Positions 30,887-41,492 of a stretch of 64,000 nt of DNA are shown piece by piece (the first letter of the stretch is position 1; each line of letters begins with the position of its first letter). A program made the translations under genes and the position numbers. The notes below the pieces were generated by a model, which made no database searches, was not told the DNA's origin, and saw only the letters and a program-made list of their open reading frames with translations. Source of the stretch: an uncultured cyanobacterium (GTDB lineage Bacteria; Cyanobacteriota; Cyanobacteriia; Cyanobacteriales; Nostocaceae); NCBI GenBank assembly GCA_963740315.1, contig CAVUDP010000004.1:672001-736000 (forward strand), read 5' to 3'.

Positions 30887-31579
30887 TTATGGATTAACAT
30901 TAATTCGTCCTCGACAAATAATCTTTCCGGGGATCATGCGTAGGTCTTGAATCTCTACATCTGACCCTAAGTCAATATACTCACCGTCACTACTTTCAAG
31001 CAGAGTATTTGTATTGCTTGTAACAGTTAGAGGTGCGATGCGTAATTCATGGGGGCTGAGTAAGTTTAATCCTATACAAATATCTAAGGGTTGAGGATTG
31101 TTTTCTTCATCCATGATGGCTTCTATTACAAGCCGATTATCTTTAATAGTGACCGATCGCCAACTAGTTGATTTGGAATTAGGTCGCAATTCTGGTAAAA
31201 GTTTAACCAGAAGATCATTTAAAGCTGTTGATAGTAATGTACTAGACAAAGAAGCTGATAAATCTTCTTCGAGTTGACTTATCTCGCCCTCTACGGATAC
31301 TTTTTCTAACAATCGTAACTGTTGTCCTTTGAGAACAGAACCGATATTAATGCGAATATTTTCTGCAACTAGATCGATAAATGATAAATGAAGACCTTGA
31401 TAAACAGCATTTTTTGCAACAATTGATACTGAGGGTATGCAGCCAGAAATAACTTGGCGAGATCCAGCCTGAATATCAACTTGAAGATGCCCTAATTGAC
31501 TTACTTGTGTTCTTAACCACAGCTTAATTGCTGCCGTCAGGACATTTGTAACTAATCTAAACTTATTTTTTTTGAGCAT
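30887..31579 (-). CDS. DUF2993-like conserved hypothetical protein
   Basis: A.KLWLR.QV...G.IP.V...A..AVYQGL...I.IN.G..L.G..LRLL pattern. Confidence 0.7.
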   Translation of the reverse strand: MLKKNKFRLVTNVLTAAIKLWLRTQVSQLGHLQVDIQAGSRQVISGCIPSVSIVAKNAVYQGLHLSFIDLVAENIRINIGSVLKGQQLRLLEKVSVEGEISQLEEDLSASLSSTLLSTALNDLLVKLLPELRPNSKSTSWRSVTIKDNRLVIEAIMDEENNPQPLDICIGLNLLSPHELRIAPLTVTSNTNTLLESSDGEYIDLGSDVEIQDLRMIPGKIICRGRINVNP

Positions 31580-31723
31580 TTTATAGGTATAAAGATAGTG
31601 GGGGTAGTTAAAAACCAACAACTAAATAAACAAGTATCAACTGTATCAAAACCGCTTTTCATTTACAAAACATCAATACTATATTCTTATTTAGATATGA
31701 ACTGATGGGACATCAGTAAATAC

Positions 31724-32461
31724 ATGGAGGCTAAGTTACAAAAAATTATTTCGCAATGGGGTATTGCCTCGCGTCGTCAAGCAGAAGAAATGATTAAACT
31801 TGAACGGGTGAGGGTAAATGGTGTATTGGCGCACATAGGGCAGAAAGTAAACCCTCAAACGGATATTATTACCGTAGATGGGAAGAGTGTTTCTACTCAA
31901 GAGCGTCCGGTTTTAAATTATTTGTTAATTAATAAACCATCTGGGGTAGTTTCTACGTGTTACGATCCTCAAGGCAGACCAACAGTATTAGATTTATTAC
32001 CAGAAGACTTATGTTTTGGTAGGGGCATTCACCCAGTTGGTCGTTTAGATGCAGACTCTACGGGAGCATTAATATTAACAAATGATGGGGACTTAACATT
32101 TAAGCTTACCCATCCCCGCCATAACATCAAGAAAACATATCGTGTTTTGGTTAAAGGGCATCCACCAGAAGAAACTTTGCAGAAGTGGCGCGAGGGTGTT
32201 CTTTTAGACAATAAAAAAACGCGAGCTGCCCAAGTGCAGTTAATAGAAAAGATAGCAGAAAATAGCCGTTTAGAAATAATTCTGGGGGAGGGAAGAAACC
32301 GCCAAATTCGCCGTGTAGCGAAAAAATTGGGGTATCCGGTAATTGAGCTGCATCGTAGTGCGATCGGTTCGATACAACTGCAATTACCCAATAAAGAATA
32401 TTTATCAGAAGGTAGCTTTCGCTACTTAACAGAGAAAGAAATTCTCTATTTACAAAAGTGA
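31724..32461 (+). CDS. rRNA pseudouridine synthase (RsuA/RluB family)
   Basis: S4 domain (ASRR.AE), HPVGRLD catalytic Asp, EGRNRQIRR. Confidence 0.93.
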   Translation: MEAKLQKIISQWGIASRRQAEEMIKLERVRVNGVLAHIGQKVNPQTDIITVDGKSVSTQERPVLNYLLINKPSGVVSTCYDPQGRPTVLDLLPEDLCFGRGIHPVGRLDADSTGALILTNDGDLTFKLTHPRHNIKKTYRVLVKGHPPEETLQKWREGVLLDNKKTRAAQVQLIEKIAENSRLEIILGEGRNRQIRRVAKKLGYPVIELHRSAIGSIQLQLPNKEYLSEGSFRYLTEKEILYLQK

Positions 32462-32480
32462 TTACAGGAAATTCCTATTA

Positions 32481-33308
32481 ATGATTCAGCTGGTTCAAGG
32501 AGCGCAAAAGATGAAGTGGTTTAGAAGGAAGGAAAAAGAAAAAGCAGCTCCCACAACTTCTATAGAAGAGCAAAGAGCAGAAAAACTGGCACATATGGGC
32601 GCACAATTAAGCGCTACACGGCAGCAATATGGCTTTTCGTTGGAAGACGTGGTAGCGTACACCAAAATTCCTCGAAGATTAGTAAAAGGTATAGAAGAAG
32701 CAAACTTTGACGATCTACCAGAGCCAGTTTATATTCAGAGTTTACTTCGGCAATATGCTGATGCATTAGGCTACAAAGGAGCAGAATTTGCCAGTACATT
32801 TCCTATAGGTACGAGTAAAGTAGTTATCGAACCCGTTTGGAAAAATCCATCATTAGTTAAACTGCGTCCAGTTTATTTTTATTTACTGTATGTATTTTTA
32901 ATAATGGGTTCTGTAAGTGGTTTCTCGAATTGGTTGAATGGTGCCACTATGATGGCGAACGAGACTAAACCAGATGTTAAGTCCGATAATTTAGCCTCTA
33001 ACAACAAACCGACTCCGAGTAAACCAGAATCAGTAACTCAAACCAACAGCTTTTCCAAAAATCAAAAAGAAGTTCAAGTTGGAGTTACCTTAAAAGAATC
33101 ATCTTGGATTCAGGTAATAGCCGACGGTAAAACTACTTTTGAAGGAACCTTAGAAGAAGGAAGCAAACGTACTTGGACAGCACAAAAAGAACTCACCGTT
33201 AAAGCAGGAAACGCTGGAGGAGTTTTAGTCAGCGTCAATCAACAAGAAGCCAAGAAAATGGGTAAACCCGGAAAAGTTGAACAGCTTCGAGTAGCGCTGA
33301 GTCAGTGA
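32481..33308 (+). CDS. rodZ: RodZ-like HTH / transmembrane / DUF4115 protein
   Basis: LPEPVYI...LRQYA..LG HTH, single TM helix, SWIQV.ADG...GNAGGV; start may be 32511. Confidence 0.8.
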   Translation: MIQLVQGAQKMKWFRRKEKEKAAPTTSIEEQRAEKLAHMGAQLSATRQQYGFSLEDVVAYTKIPRRLVKGIEEANFDDLPEPVYIQSLLRQYADALGYKGAEFASTFPIGTSKVVIEPVWKNPSLVKLRPVYFYLLYVFLIMGSVSGFSNWLNGATMMANETKPDVKSDNLASNNKPTPSKPESVTQTNSFSKNQKEVQVGVTLKESSWIQVIADGKTTFEGTLEEGSKRTWTAQKELTVKAGNAGGVLVSVNQQEAKKMGKPGKVEQLRVALSQ

Positions 33309-33471
33309 GCAGTTACCAGTTACCAGTTACCAGTTACCAATTACCAGTGAAGAGTCAAGAGTTAAGAGTTAATGATTCATAATTATTAAGGACTCTACCT
33401 TATTCGTCTTAACCTTACATAAACTGCATCTAGGTAAGTACTGCTAACTGGTCACTGATTACTGGTCACTG

Positions 33472-34980
33472 TTAACTGATTGGCGATCGCCCGAAAAATT
33501 CGACGAAATTCTTCATCCGCTCGGACAATTCGGAATTCATCGCTTCATGCCGATAACGCCATTCCCAGTTACCTTCTCCTTGACTGGGAATATTCATTCG
33601 AGCATTGGAACCCAATCCTAAAATATCCTGTAAGGGGAAAATCGCAACGTTAGCAACCGAACCCATTGCCAAGCGAATCAAATCCCAATGTACTCCGTCG
33701 GGGCTTATATCACCGAGATAAAAAGATAAATTGCGTTTTTCATCATCGTTGGCTTTCTCATACCAACCGACGGTAGTATCGTTATCGTGAGTTCCAGTGT
33801 AAATTACACAATTAGTATCTTGAACGTTAAAAGGTAAATAAGGATTGCTGGCATCTCCACCAAAAGCAAACTGCAAAACCTTCATACCGGGAAACTCAAA
33901 TTTATCTCTTAAAGCTTCCACATCTGGAGTAATAGTACCCAAATCTTCCGCTAATACGGGTAAAGTACCAAGCTGCTGTTTAATAGTTTCAAACAACTTA
34001 TCTCCAGGAGCTTTAACCCATTCACCATTTACCGCAGTTTCTTCACCCAAAGGTACAGCCCAAAAAGCTTCAAATCCCCGGAAATGGTCGATACGAATAA
34101 TATCCACATAATCGAGCATCGCTTCAAAACGCTGCACCCACCACTTAAAATTTTGCTTTTCCAACTGCTTCCAATCGTAAACCGGATTACCCCACAATTG
34201 ACCAGTAGCGCTGAAGTAATCTGGTGGTACACCCGCCATTAACGCAGCTTCTCCAGTCTCCTTATCCAAAGAAAAATTTTCCGGATTTCCCCAAACATCG
34301 GCGCTATCGTGAGCTACATAAATAGGAATATCGCCGATAATTTGCACGCCGCGATCGTTAGCGTATTCTCTTAACTCCGACCATTGACTATAAAATTGAA
34401 ACTGAAGAAACTTGTGATAAAAAACTTCTGAATCTAATTCTTTTTTCGCCTTTTCTACGGCTTCAGGTTTACGTTTAGCAATACCTTCATCCCAACTATT
34501 CCAGCTTGCGCCCCCGGTACTATCCTTAAGCGCCATAAATAAACTATAATCATCCAGCCAATAAGCCTTGGAACTGGAAAATTCTTCAAACGATTTTAGC
34601 TGTTCCTTAGTCATATTCGCTTTGAAATTAGCACAAGCTTTTTTCAACAAAGGAACTTTAGTCGATTCTAGCTGCTGATAATCCACATTATCCAGCGGAA
34701 ATTCGGGTAAATTAGCAAAATCATCTTCGCTCAGTAAACCTTCACCTACCAACTTATCCGGGCTAATCAACAGCGGATTACCCGCTAAAGCCGAATAGCA
34801 CATATAAGGAGAATTACCAAAACCAGTCGGACCTAAAGGTAGAATTTGCCAATAATGCTGAGAACTATCTTTGAGAAAATCAATAAAACGGTAAGCTTCA
34901 TGACCTAAATCGCCAATACCGAAGCGACTGGGGAAACTAGTAGGATGAAGTAAAATACCGCTGCTTCTAGGAAAAGACAT
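33472..34980 (-). CDS. malQ: 4-alpha-glucanotransferase (GH77)
   Basis: GILLHPTS, GVPPDYFS.TGQLWGNP, RIDHFRG, AEDLG, YTGTHDNDT. Confidence 0.97.
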   Translation of the reverse strand: MSFPRSSGILLHPTSFPSRFGIGDLGHEAYRFIDFLKDSSQHYWQILPLGPTGFGNSPYMCYSALAGNPLLISPDKLVGEGLLSEDDFANLPEFPLDNVDYQQLESTKVPLLKKACANFKANMTKEQLKSFEEFSSSKAYWLDDYSLFMALKDSTGGASWNSWDEGIAKRKPEAVEKAKKELDSEVFYHKFLQFQFYSQWSELREYANDRGVQIIGDIPIYVAHDSADVWGNPENFSLDKETGEAALMAGVPPDYFSATGQLWGNPVYDWKQLEKQNFKWWVQRFEAMLDYVDIIRIDHFRGFEAFWAVPLGEETAVNGEWVKAPGDKLFETIKQQLGTLPVLAEDLGTITPDVEALRDKFEFPGMKVLQFAFGGDASNPYLPFNVQDTNCVIYTGTHDNDTTVGWYEKANDDEKRNLSFYLGDISPDGVHWDLIRLAMGSVANVAIFPLQDILGLGSNARMNIPSQGEGNWEWRYRHEAMNSELSERMKNFVEFFGRSPIS

Positions 34981-35155
34981 AAAAAATCCTGACTATAGAA
35001 AAAGCATAACCAATCGAATCTATCACAATGTTAGTGGTTAAAAATAGGTCAAAGGTTAAAGGTTAAAGGTCAAAGGTAATAACTTCTTCATTTCCCTCCT
35101 CTCCTAGCTTCTAACTCTTTTAATCCAAAATCCAAAATTTAAAATCTAAAATTTC

Positions 35156-35587
35156 ATGACTTACCGCAATCCGGCTCCGACAGTAGATATCATCATCGAG
35201 TTAATTAACAAACCACATCGACCAATAGTATTAATCGAACGCCATAACGAACCTTTCGGTTGGGCTATTCCTGGCGGTTTTGTGGATTATGGGGAAGCTG
35301 TGGAAACTGCCGCTAGAAGGGAAGCTTTGGAAGAAATCGGTTTAGAAGTAGAGTTAATCGAGCAGTTTCACGTATATTCCGATCCCAAACGCGATCCACG
35401 CAAGCATACAATAAGTATTGTGTTTATTGCCACTGCAAAAGGCGAACCCAAAGCGGGAGATGATGCCAAAGATGCAGCGTTTTTTGAATCTTGGCGCGTA
35501 CCCGATAACTTATGTTTCGATCACGATCGCATTTTGCAAGATTATTGGCGATATCGGCATTATGGAATACGTCCTAATTGTTCGTAG
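35156..35587 (+). CDS. NUDIX hydrolase (ADP-ribose pyrophosphatase-like)
   Basis: [32 protein letters not shown]. Confidence 0.92.
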   Translation: MTYRNPAPTVDIIIELINKPHRPIVLIERHNEPFGWAIPGGFVDYGEAVETAARREALEEIGLEVELIEQFHVYSDPKRDPRKHTISIVFIATAKGEPKAGDDAKDAAFFESWRVPDNLCFDHDRILQDYWRYRHYGIRPNCS

Positions 35588-35935
35588 TAAGGACTTTAGT
35601 CCTTTTATCCGAAGATTTAGGATAAAAGGGCTCGTAGTAAGGACTTCAGTCCTTTCATCCGAAGATTTAGGATAAAAGGGCTCGTAGTAAGGACTTTAGT
35701 CCTTTTATCCGAAGATTTAGGATAAAAGGGCTCGTAGTAAGGACTTTAGTCCTTTTATCCAAGAATTTAGGATAAAAGGGCTCGTAGTAAGGACTTCAGT
35801 CCTTTCATCCAAGAATTTAGGATAAAAGGGCTCGTAGTAAGGACTTCAGTCCTTTCATCCAAGAATTTAGGATAAAAGGGCTCGTAGTAAGGACTTCAGT
35901 CCTTTCATGAGAGGGCTAAAGCCCTTACTACGAAC
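35580..35935 (+). repeat. 50-bp tandem array derived from a REP-like element (6 full units plus a terminal complete element)
   Basis: Units start at 35581, 35631, 35681, 35731, 35781, 35831, 35881. Confidence 0.95.
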
Positions 35936-35944
35936 TTAAGGAAT

Positions 35945-36015
35945 GTAGGGTGTGTGATGGCGCGATCGCTAATTTTGATTGTAACCACAGATGTATGTTT
36001 TGCGCCTAACGCACC
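35945..36015 (+). repeat. GTAGGGTGTG...AACGCACC REP-like element
   Basis: Related copies at 6314-6381, 10256-10321, 38410-38441, 43060-43091, 43120-43186, 50215-50248. Confidence 0.75.
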
Positions 36016-36062
36016 ATTCTATGGTTAGGTTTTACATAAAATTTAGCGGTGCGTTGCTACTT

Positions 36063-36195
36063 ACTTATGTTTCGATCGCGATCGCATTTTGCGAGATTAT
36101 TGGCGATATCGGCATTATGGGATAAGACCTAATTGTTCGTAGTAAGGACTTTAGTCCTTTCATGAGAGGGCTAAAGCCCTTACTACGAACTTAAG
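36063..36195 (+). repeat. Diverged duplicate of the NUDIX 3' end plus REP element
   Basis: 36063-36142 matches 35508-35587 with 5 mismatches in 80 nt, followed by the same REP end and CTTAAG. Confidence 0.92.
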
Positions 36196-36295
36196 ATAAT
36201 ATGACAATTGCATAATTCTTATATTTATCTTTTTACAAGTCACCTTTAATACAAAAATAACGAGATTATACTGGGTAAGTTGTATTCAAAGGTGC

Positions 36296-37468
36296 ATGAT
36301 GAACGCTGAAGAGCTTTTAGAAAAATATAAAGCAGGCGATCGAAGCTTTCAAGAAGTAAACCTTAGAGGATTGGATTTTAAAGGTGCGAATTTAAGCGGA
36401 ATCGATTTGCGATCGGCAGATTTAACTGGATGCGATTTAAATCAAGTCTATTTGAGTAAAGCAAACCTGAATTCTGCAAATTTAAGTAGAGCATCCTTAA
36501 TAGAAGCAAATTTAAATGGAATACAAGGCTGTTATGCAAATTTTACTTTAGCAGAATTAGCTGGTGCTAACTTTAGTAAGGCTGATATGAGTAATGTTAA
36601 TTTTAGTAATGCCAACCTGCAAAACGCTAATCTTAGTGAAGCTAACTTAAATGGTACTAATTTAGAAAATGCTGATTTAACTAAAGCTGATTTGAATCAA
36701 ATCAGTTTAACAAGTACCAAACTCCAAAACGCTAATTTTAGCCAAGCTAATCTTCGAGGAGTTAGTTTATCTAATCGCGTTCTATCAAATATTAATTTAG
36801 CTGGAGCCGATTTAACAGCAGCGAACCTAAACAGTGCAAAGTTAAACAAAGCCTGTCTCCAAGCAGCAAATTTAGAAAGAGCCGATTTACAAAACGCCAA
36901 CCTTACGAAAGCCAACCTTAACAACGCCAACTTAAAAAAAGCCGATTTAACCAACGCGAATATTTACGGCGCTACATTTGAAAATGCAGACCTAACTGGT
37001 GCGATAATGCCAGATGGGGAAATCTATCAACCACAGATGGAATCCCATCAATCGGCAGCATACTCAATGGTGGAATCTATGACTCGTAAAGTTATTAAAA
37101 CTGATAACGCACCCGCACCCGTGGGACCTTATAATCAAGCTGTTATGGCATCCGGGCAAATGCTTTTCGTTGCGGGACAAATTGCGATCGATCCCAGGGC
37201 GGGAAATGTTGTCTACACTGACGATGTGACGAAGCAAACCGAACGAGTAATGTCTAATCTGGAAGCTATTTTAACGGAAGCTGGGGCTACGTTTGAGAAT
37301 GTCGTAAAGACTACTGTATTTTTAAAAGATATGGGTGATTTTGCGGCTGTGAATGCGGTTTATGCAAAATACTTTGATGAAGCATCTGCTCCCGCACGGG
37401 CTTGTGTTGAGGTTTCCCGTTTACCGAAGGATGTTTTGGTGGAAATTGAATGTATTGCAATGGTCTAA
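36296..37468 (+). CDS. Pentapeptide-repeat / RidA (YjgF/YER057c) fusion protein
   Basis: ~245 aa of A(D/N)Lxx repeats in frame with [11 protein letters not shown]...GQI...[10 protein letters not shown]....VEIE. Confidence 0.9.
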   Translation: MMNAEELLEKYKAGDRSFQEVNLRGLDFKGANLSGIDLRSADLTGCDLNQVYLSKANLNSANLSRASLIEANLNGIQGCYANFTLAELAGANFSKADMSNVNFSNANLQNANLSEANLNGTNLENADLTKADLNQISLTSTKLQNANFSQANLRGVSLSNRVLSNINLAGADLTAANLNSAKLNKACLQAANLERADLQNANLTKANLNNANLKKADLTNANIYGATFENADLTGAIMPDGEIYQPQMESHQSAAYSMVESMTRKVIKTDNAPAPVGPYNQAVMASGQMLFVAGQIAIDPRAGNVVYTDDVTKQTERVMSNLEAILTEAGATFENVVKTTVFLKDMGDFAAVNAVYAKYFDEASAPARACVEVSRLPKDVLVEIECIAMV

Positions 37469-37582
37469 AATTGAATTTAAATAAATGTTGTTATAACAAC
37501 AAATAATAATAACCATAGTTTTCCGAAATAGTCCTATTTAAAGTTGATTCTATAGACAAGTAGATTTGGCGAATAAATTATC

Positions 37583-37607
37583 AAGGTGGGCTTTGCTCGC
37601 CTTTTTT
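37583..37607 (+). terminator. Intrinsic terminator
   Basis: AAGGTGGGC-TTT-GCTCGCCTT followed by a T run. Confidence 0.7.
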
Positions 37608-38085
37608 ATTTGGAATTATTTAATTTTTCAATTAAACCAGCATTAACACCATACTTTCTCAGTTTTCTTAATAACAATTGCCCTCACCCTCAATTTACAA
37701 TTGGGAAGTTGGCGATCGCTAGTTTCAATTTTTTGCAGACTATCGAAATTAGCTAAAATAACAATTCTGTCTCCAGGCTCTAAAGGTGATTTATCCCAGT
37801 AACTAGGCATAATTTTAGGACGAACTTGTTTGTATGTTTGATAAAGAATAGGTACGACTCCATACCCATAAGCAATTTCAAACAGGAAACATCCATTTAA
37901 AGTATTTCCTTGATAGAAATAGGAATTTCATCAACTTCCCACTTAATTTCTGCTTGTTTATCAATTGAAATAACAGGTACGTCAAAATCTTTGAGTAGCT
38001 TAACGCAATGTTGACCTAAACTACCCAAACCGCAAACAATGAAATGCGATCGCGTCGATTGATTGTGCTGTTCGGTTGATAACAT
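37606..38085 (-). pseudogene. Remnant of a TrkA-domain potassium-channel family gene
   Basis: N-terminal FIVCGLGSLGQHC Rossmann motif, then in another frame TLNG...EIAYGYGVVPILYQ...GDRIVILA, then a third-frame tail; central region missing. Confidence 0.7.
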
Positions 38086-38472
38086 TAGGAAATATATGTA
38101 ATATTTGGCTGCGGATATTAATAGCAATACAAATAACTAATGTAGAGACGGCGTGCACACTGCAACGTCTCCTTAGATTTAAGGTTGTATAGATAATTTA
38201 GATAAACAGCAGAAATAGCAATAGAAAATAAAAATAAAATGTAGCATTACTATTAATTGTTAGTGATATGACAAAAAAGGTTTAATACAAATAGTAAATA
38301 AACCATAAAAACAATATTTTTTAATTATTTGATATTTAAAACACGCTGATGAAATAAATGATTTAATAATTAATTTAGTTTTTAATTTGTCTATGACTAT
38401 AATAAAAATGGTGCGTTAGGCTGAAGCCATAACACACTCTACAAAACGCTATATAAAGGAACAATAAAAACT

Positions 38473-38505
38473 GAAAAACCCGGCTTCAAAAAAACCGGGT
38501 TTCTA
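38473..38505 (-). terminator. Hairpin/terminator downstream of the TPR gene
   Basis: AAACCCGG/CCGGGTTT stem with a T run on the minus strand. Confidence 0.5.
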
Positions 38506-38579
38506 AATATTGATGCTATGTAATAGCAACTTGTTATATTTGTTCTAAAATTCAGAAAATTATTGTTTAACTATCATTA

Positions 38580-39710
38580 TTAGTTGTAATTATCTTCTGC
38601 TGTAACTGGTAATTGCGATTCTGAAGGTGCTTCTTCTACAAATCCAGAGGGTGCTTCTGGGGAAAACTCAATTTCACGATTCTCTGAAGATTGTTCTGCT
38701 TCATTGTTGCTAGGAATAACAACGGACGATTCGGGAGCAGCTTCAACTGCTGCTGGTGGGTTTTTCTGTTGAGATGAAATAATTTCTTGCATCAACTGCT
38801 CAATTACTTCTGTTTGCTCAACATTACCTTGTTTGCGATATTGTTTGTGGGCACGTCTGAGAACTTGCTGTGCTTTCCTCAATTCCCCTTGCTGATAAAA
38901 AGCTACTCCCAATTTATAATAAGCAGAAGGATTATTCGGAACCTTACGAATAGCTTGAATGTAAGTCTCTATCGCTTCAGGAGTTTGACCTCTAGCTGCT
39001 AATAAACTACCCAAATTGTTGTATGCTGTAATATTTTCGGGATTCAACTGCAAAACTTCGCGATAGGCAGAGATAGCTTTAGCTGTATCTCCTTGTTCTT
39101 GCAAAGCTAAACCTAAATTAAAATAAGCATTAGCATTACTTTTATCTAGATTAATCGATTGTTGATAAGCGGCGATCGCTTCTTCGTTTTGTCCTTGTTT
39201 GTACAGCGCCAAACCGAGATTATAATTTGCATTAGCCATTGTCGGCTCGACTACTAATGCTTGACGGTAGACGGTAATTGCGGCTTCGTATTGTTCTTGT
39301 TTATGCAGTGCTAAACCCAAATTATAATAAGCGTCAGCTAAATTGGGATTAAGACGAATAGCCTCGCCATACTCTTGTACGGCGGCATCCAAACGATTCT
39401 GCTGTAAAAAGATATTACCTAAATAATTCCGTGCCACACCAAGATTAGAATCGCGATTTAAAGCAGCCCTTAAAGCCAATTCAGCCCCTTGTAAGTCACC
39501 GCTGTTATACCGCATAACTCCTTGCTGAAACAAACCAGCAGCTTCCAAATCTTGAGTAACAGCAGTTTGCGCTAAAAGCTTATTTCCAGGTAACTCCGCG
39601 ATCGTTAATCCAACGAAAGCAGCACCGGAGCAAAATACTAAAGGAACGGAAGCACGAATAATACGCTGAATATTTGCAAATTTTTGAGACATTTTGGACT
39701 TTCTCTGCAC
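38580..39710 (-). CDS. Tetratricopeptide repeat protein, probably exported
   Basis: Repeated 34-aa AYYNLG.AL..Q units; hydrophobic N-terminus; acidic tail. Confidence 0.9.
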   Translation of the reverse strand: MQRKSKMSQKFANIQRIIRASVPLVFCSGAAFVGLTIAELPGNKLLAQTAVTQDLEAAGLFQQGVMRYNSGDLQGAELALRAALNRDSNLGVARNYLGNIFLQQNRLDAAVQEYGEAIRLNPNLADAYYNLGLALHKQEQYEAAITVYRQALVVEPTMANANYNLGLALYKQGQNEEAIAAYQQSINLDKSNANAYFNLGLALQEQGDTAKAISAYREVLQLNPENITAYNNLGSLLAARGQTPEAIETYIQAIRKVPNNPSAYYKLGVAFYQQGELRKAQQVLRRAHKQYRKQGNVEQTEVIEQLMQEIISSQQKNPPAAVEAAPESSVVIPSNNEAEQSSENREIEFSPEAPSGFVEEAPSESQLPVTAEDNYN

Positions 39711-39785
39711 TTATTGCTAGATGCTGTTTAAGTTAGAGTGCCCATTGTGGAGGGGAAAATTGAAATTTCTTTGGTAATTTTTTTT

Positions 39786-40035
39786 GGGAGAGGGGGATGG
39801 GGAGATGGGGAGATGGGGAGATGGGGAGACAAGGGGACAAGGAGACAAGGGGACAAGGGGACAAAAGTTAGTAGTGCGAGCATCTTGCTCGCTATCTATA
39901 TGACCAGCCTATATGACCAGCGAGCAAGATGCTCGCACTACTTGATCTTATTTCCCGATGCCTAAAATGTCTAATGCCCAATCCCCCATGCCCCATGCCC
40001 CATTCCCCATGCCCAATTACCAATGCCCAATCCCC
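39786..40035. repeat. STRR tracts flanking a GTAGTGCGAGCATCTTGCTCGC doublet
   Basis: Perfect inverted doublet 39871-39941 between G-rich and C-rich tracts. Confidence 0.85.
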
Positions 40036-40047
40036 TTTGATAATTGT

Positions 40048-41250
40048 TCATTGATAATTGTTCGCTGATTCCGGTAAAATCAACATCGCATCACCGAAGG
40101 AATAAAAACGATATCTAGATGCGATCGCTTCCCGATATAGGTTTAATAATCTTTGTCTTCCAATTAATCCGCTTACCAACATCAGTAAACTCGATCGCGG
40201 TAAATGAAAGTTGGTAATCAATCCTTCTACTACTTTCCACTCATAACCCGGATATATAAATAAGTTGGTTTCGCCACAAAATGGCTGTAATTCCCCTTCT
40301 CCTGCTTTCGCCGCTCCTTCTAATGCACGTACTGCTGTTGTTCCTACTGCGATAATTCTTCCACCTTTGGCTTTGGTATCGCGGATTTTCTCTACTGTTT
40401 GTGCCGATACTTCAATCCATTCTCTATGCATTTCATGGGTTGTTACATCTTCTACTTCTACGGGACGAAATGTACCTACTCCCACGTGTAAGGTGATGAA
40501 AGCTCGATCGATGCCGGTTTCCTGCAATTTTTCTAATAACTCAGGAGTAAAATGCAATCCCGCTGTCGGTGCTGCAACTGCTCCGGGATTTTCGGCGTAA
40601 ACTGTCTGGTATTGTTGGCTTTCGGCATTACTCGTTGTGATGTAAGGCGGTAATGGTACTTCACCAAATGCATCTAATAGCTGTATCAAAGATATTGAGG
40701 GAGGTAAATCAAATTGCAGCAACCGCCCTCCTGTCGCTTCGTCTGTCTCTAAAACCGTAGCAATTAACTGCTTTATCGGTTCTAAACTATCTTCCTTGGC
40801 TTCAAAAATAATCTCGCTACCTTGTTTAAACCGCTTTCCTGGTTTAACTAAAGCCAACCAACAATTATGCTGTTTCTCTTCTAATAATAAAACTTCTATC
40901 TGCGCTCCGGTAGATTTACGTCCGTAAAGTCTCGCCGGTATGACTTTTGTATCATTCATCACTAATAAATCCCCCGGACGAAGAATCACTGGTAAATCTC
41001 GAAAAATTCGATGTGAATGTATACTTTGGATATCAGTATCAAGAGAATCTACTACTAATAAACGCGAACTATCTCTAGGAACGGCAGGATTTTGAGCAAT
41101 AAGTTCTGGAGGTAAATTATAATCATATCCATCAAGGGAACGGTCTAAATTAACATCTGTATTAATCTGACTTGAAGAGTTAACGCCTTGCGATGATTCG
41201 ATCCCCGACGCAGAAGAATTGGATTTTTCTATTGGAGGTGGTTGCTGCAT
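40048..41250 (-). CDS. queA: S-adenosylmethionine:tRNA ribosyltransferase-isomerase
   Basis: [48 protein letters not shown]; start uncertain. Confidence 0.96.
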   Translation of the reverse strand: MQQPPPIEKSNSSASGIESSQGVNSSSQINTDVNLDRSLDGYDYNLPPELIAQNPAVPRDSSRLLVVDSLDTDIQSIHSHRIFRDLPVILRPGDLLVMNDTKVIPARLYGRKSTGAQIEVLLLEEKQHNCWLALVKPGKRFKQGSEIIFEAKEDSLEPIKQLIATVLETDEATGGRLLQFDLPPSISLIQLLDAFGEVPLPPYITTSNAESQQYQTVYAENPGAVAAPTAGLHFTPELLEKLQETGIDRAFITLHVGVGTFRPVEVEDVTTHEMHREWIEVSAQTVEKIRDTKAKGGRIIAVGTTAVRALEGAAKAGEGELQPFCGETNLFIYPGYEWKVVEGLITNFHLPRSSLLMLVSGLIGRQRLLNLYREAIASRYRFYSFGDAMLILPESANNYQ

Positions 41251-41492
41251 TTATATTTAGGTTTGTTAACAAAAAAAAGTTAATACTATAGTTTATAAAA
41301 AAAATCTAGACTATTAGCCCTAAGTGAGATTGAGCATCCTGCTTTAGAATGAATTTTAAGTAATACGCAAATTTTACAATAAAAATTGGGTAAACCTCCC
41401 CATCTAAAAACGGGGGCTTCTACCCTACCGAATGCATAGGTCTATATATCAATAATAGATATGTAAGATTGGCTTTGATCCTAAGTACCAAG

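Noticed and set aside
35580..35935. CRISPR or guide-RNA array
   Set aside because: Units are contiguous and near-identical with no unique spacers; no cas-like genes in the window; the unit derives from a dispersed palindrome
35508..36142. Diversity-generating retroelement VR/TR pair
   Set aside because: Mismatches are not confined to adenines of one copy (3 of 5 one way, 2 of 5 the other) and no reverse transcriptase is present
36273..36279. GGGTAAG SigF-like promoter element (similar GGGTAA at ~591 and ~41388)
   Set aside because: Too short to distinguish from chance without TSS data
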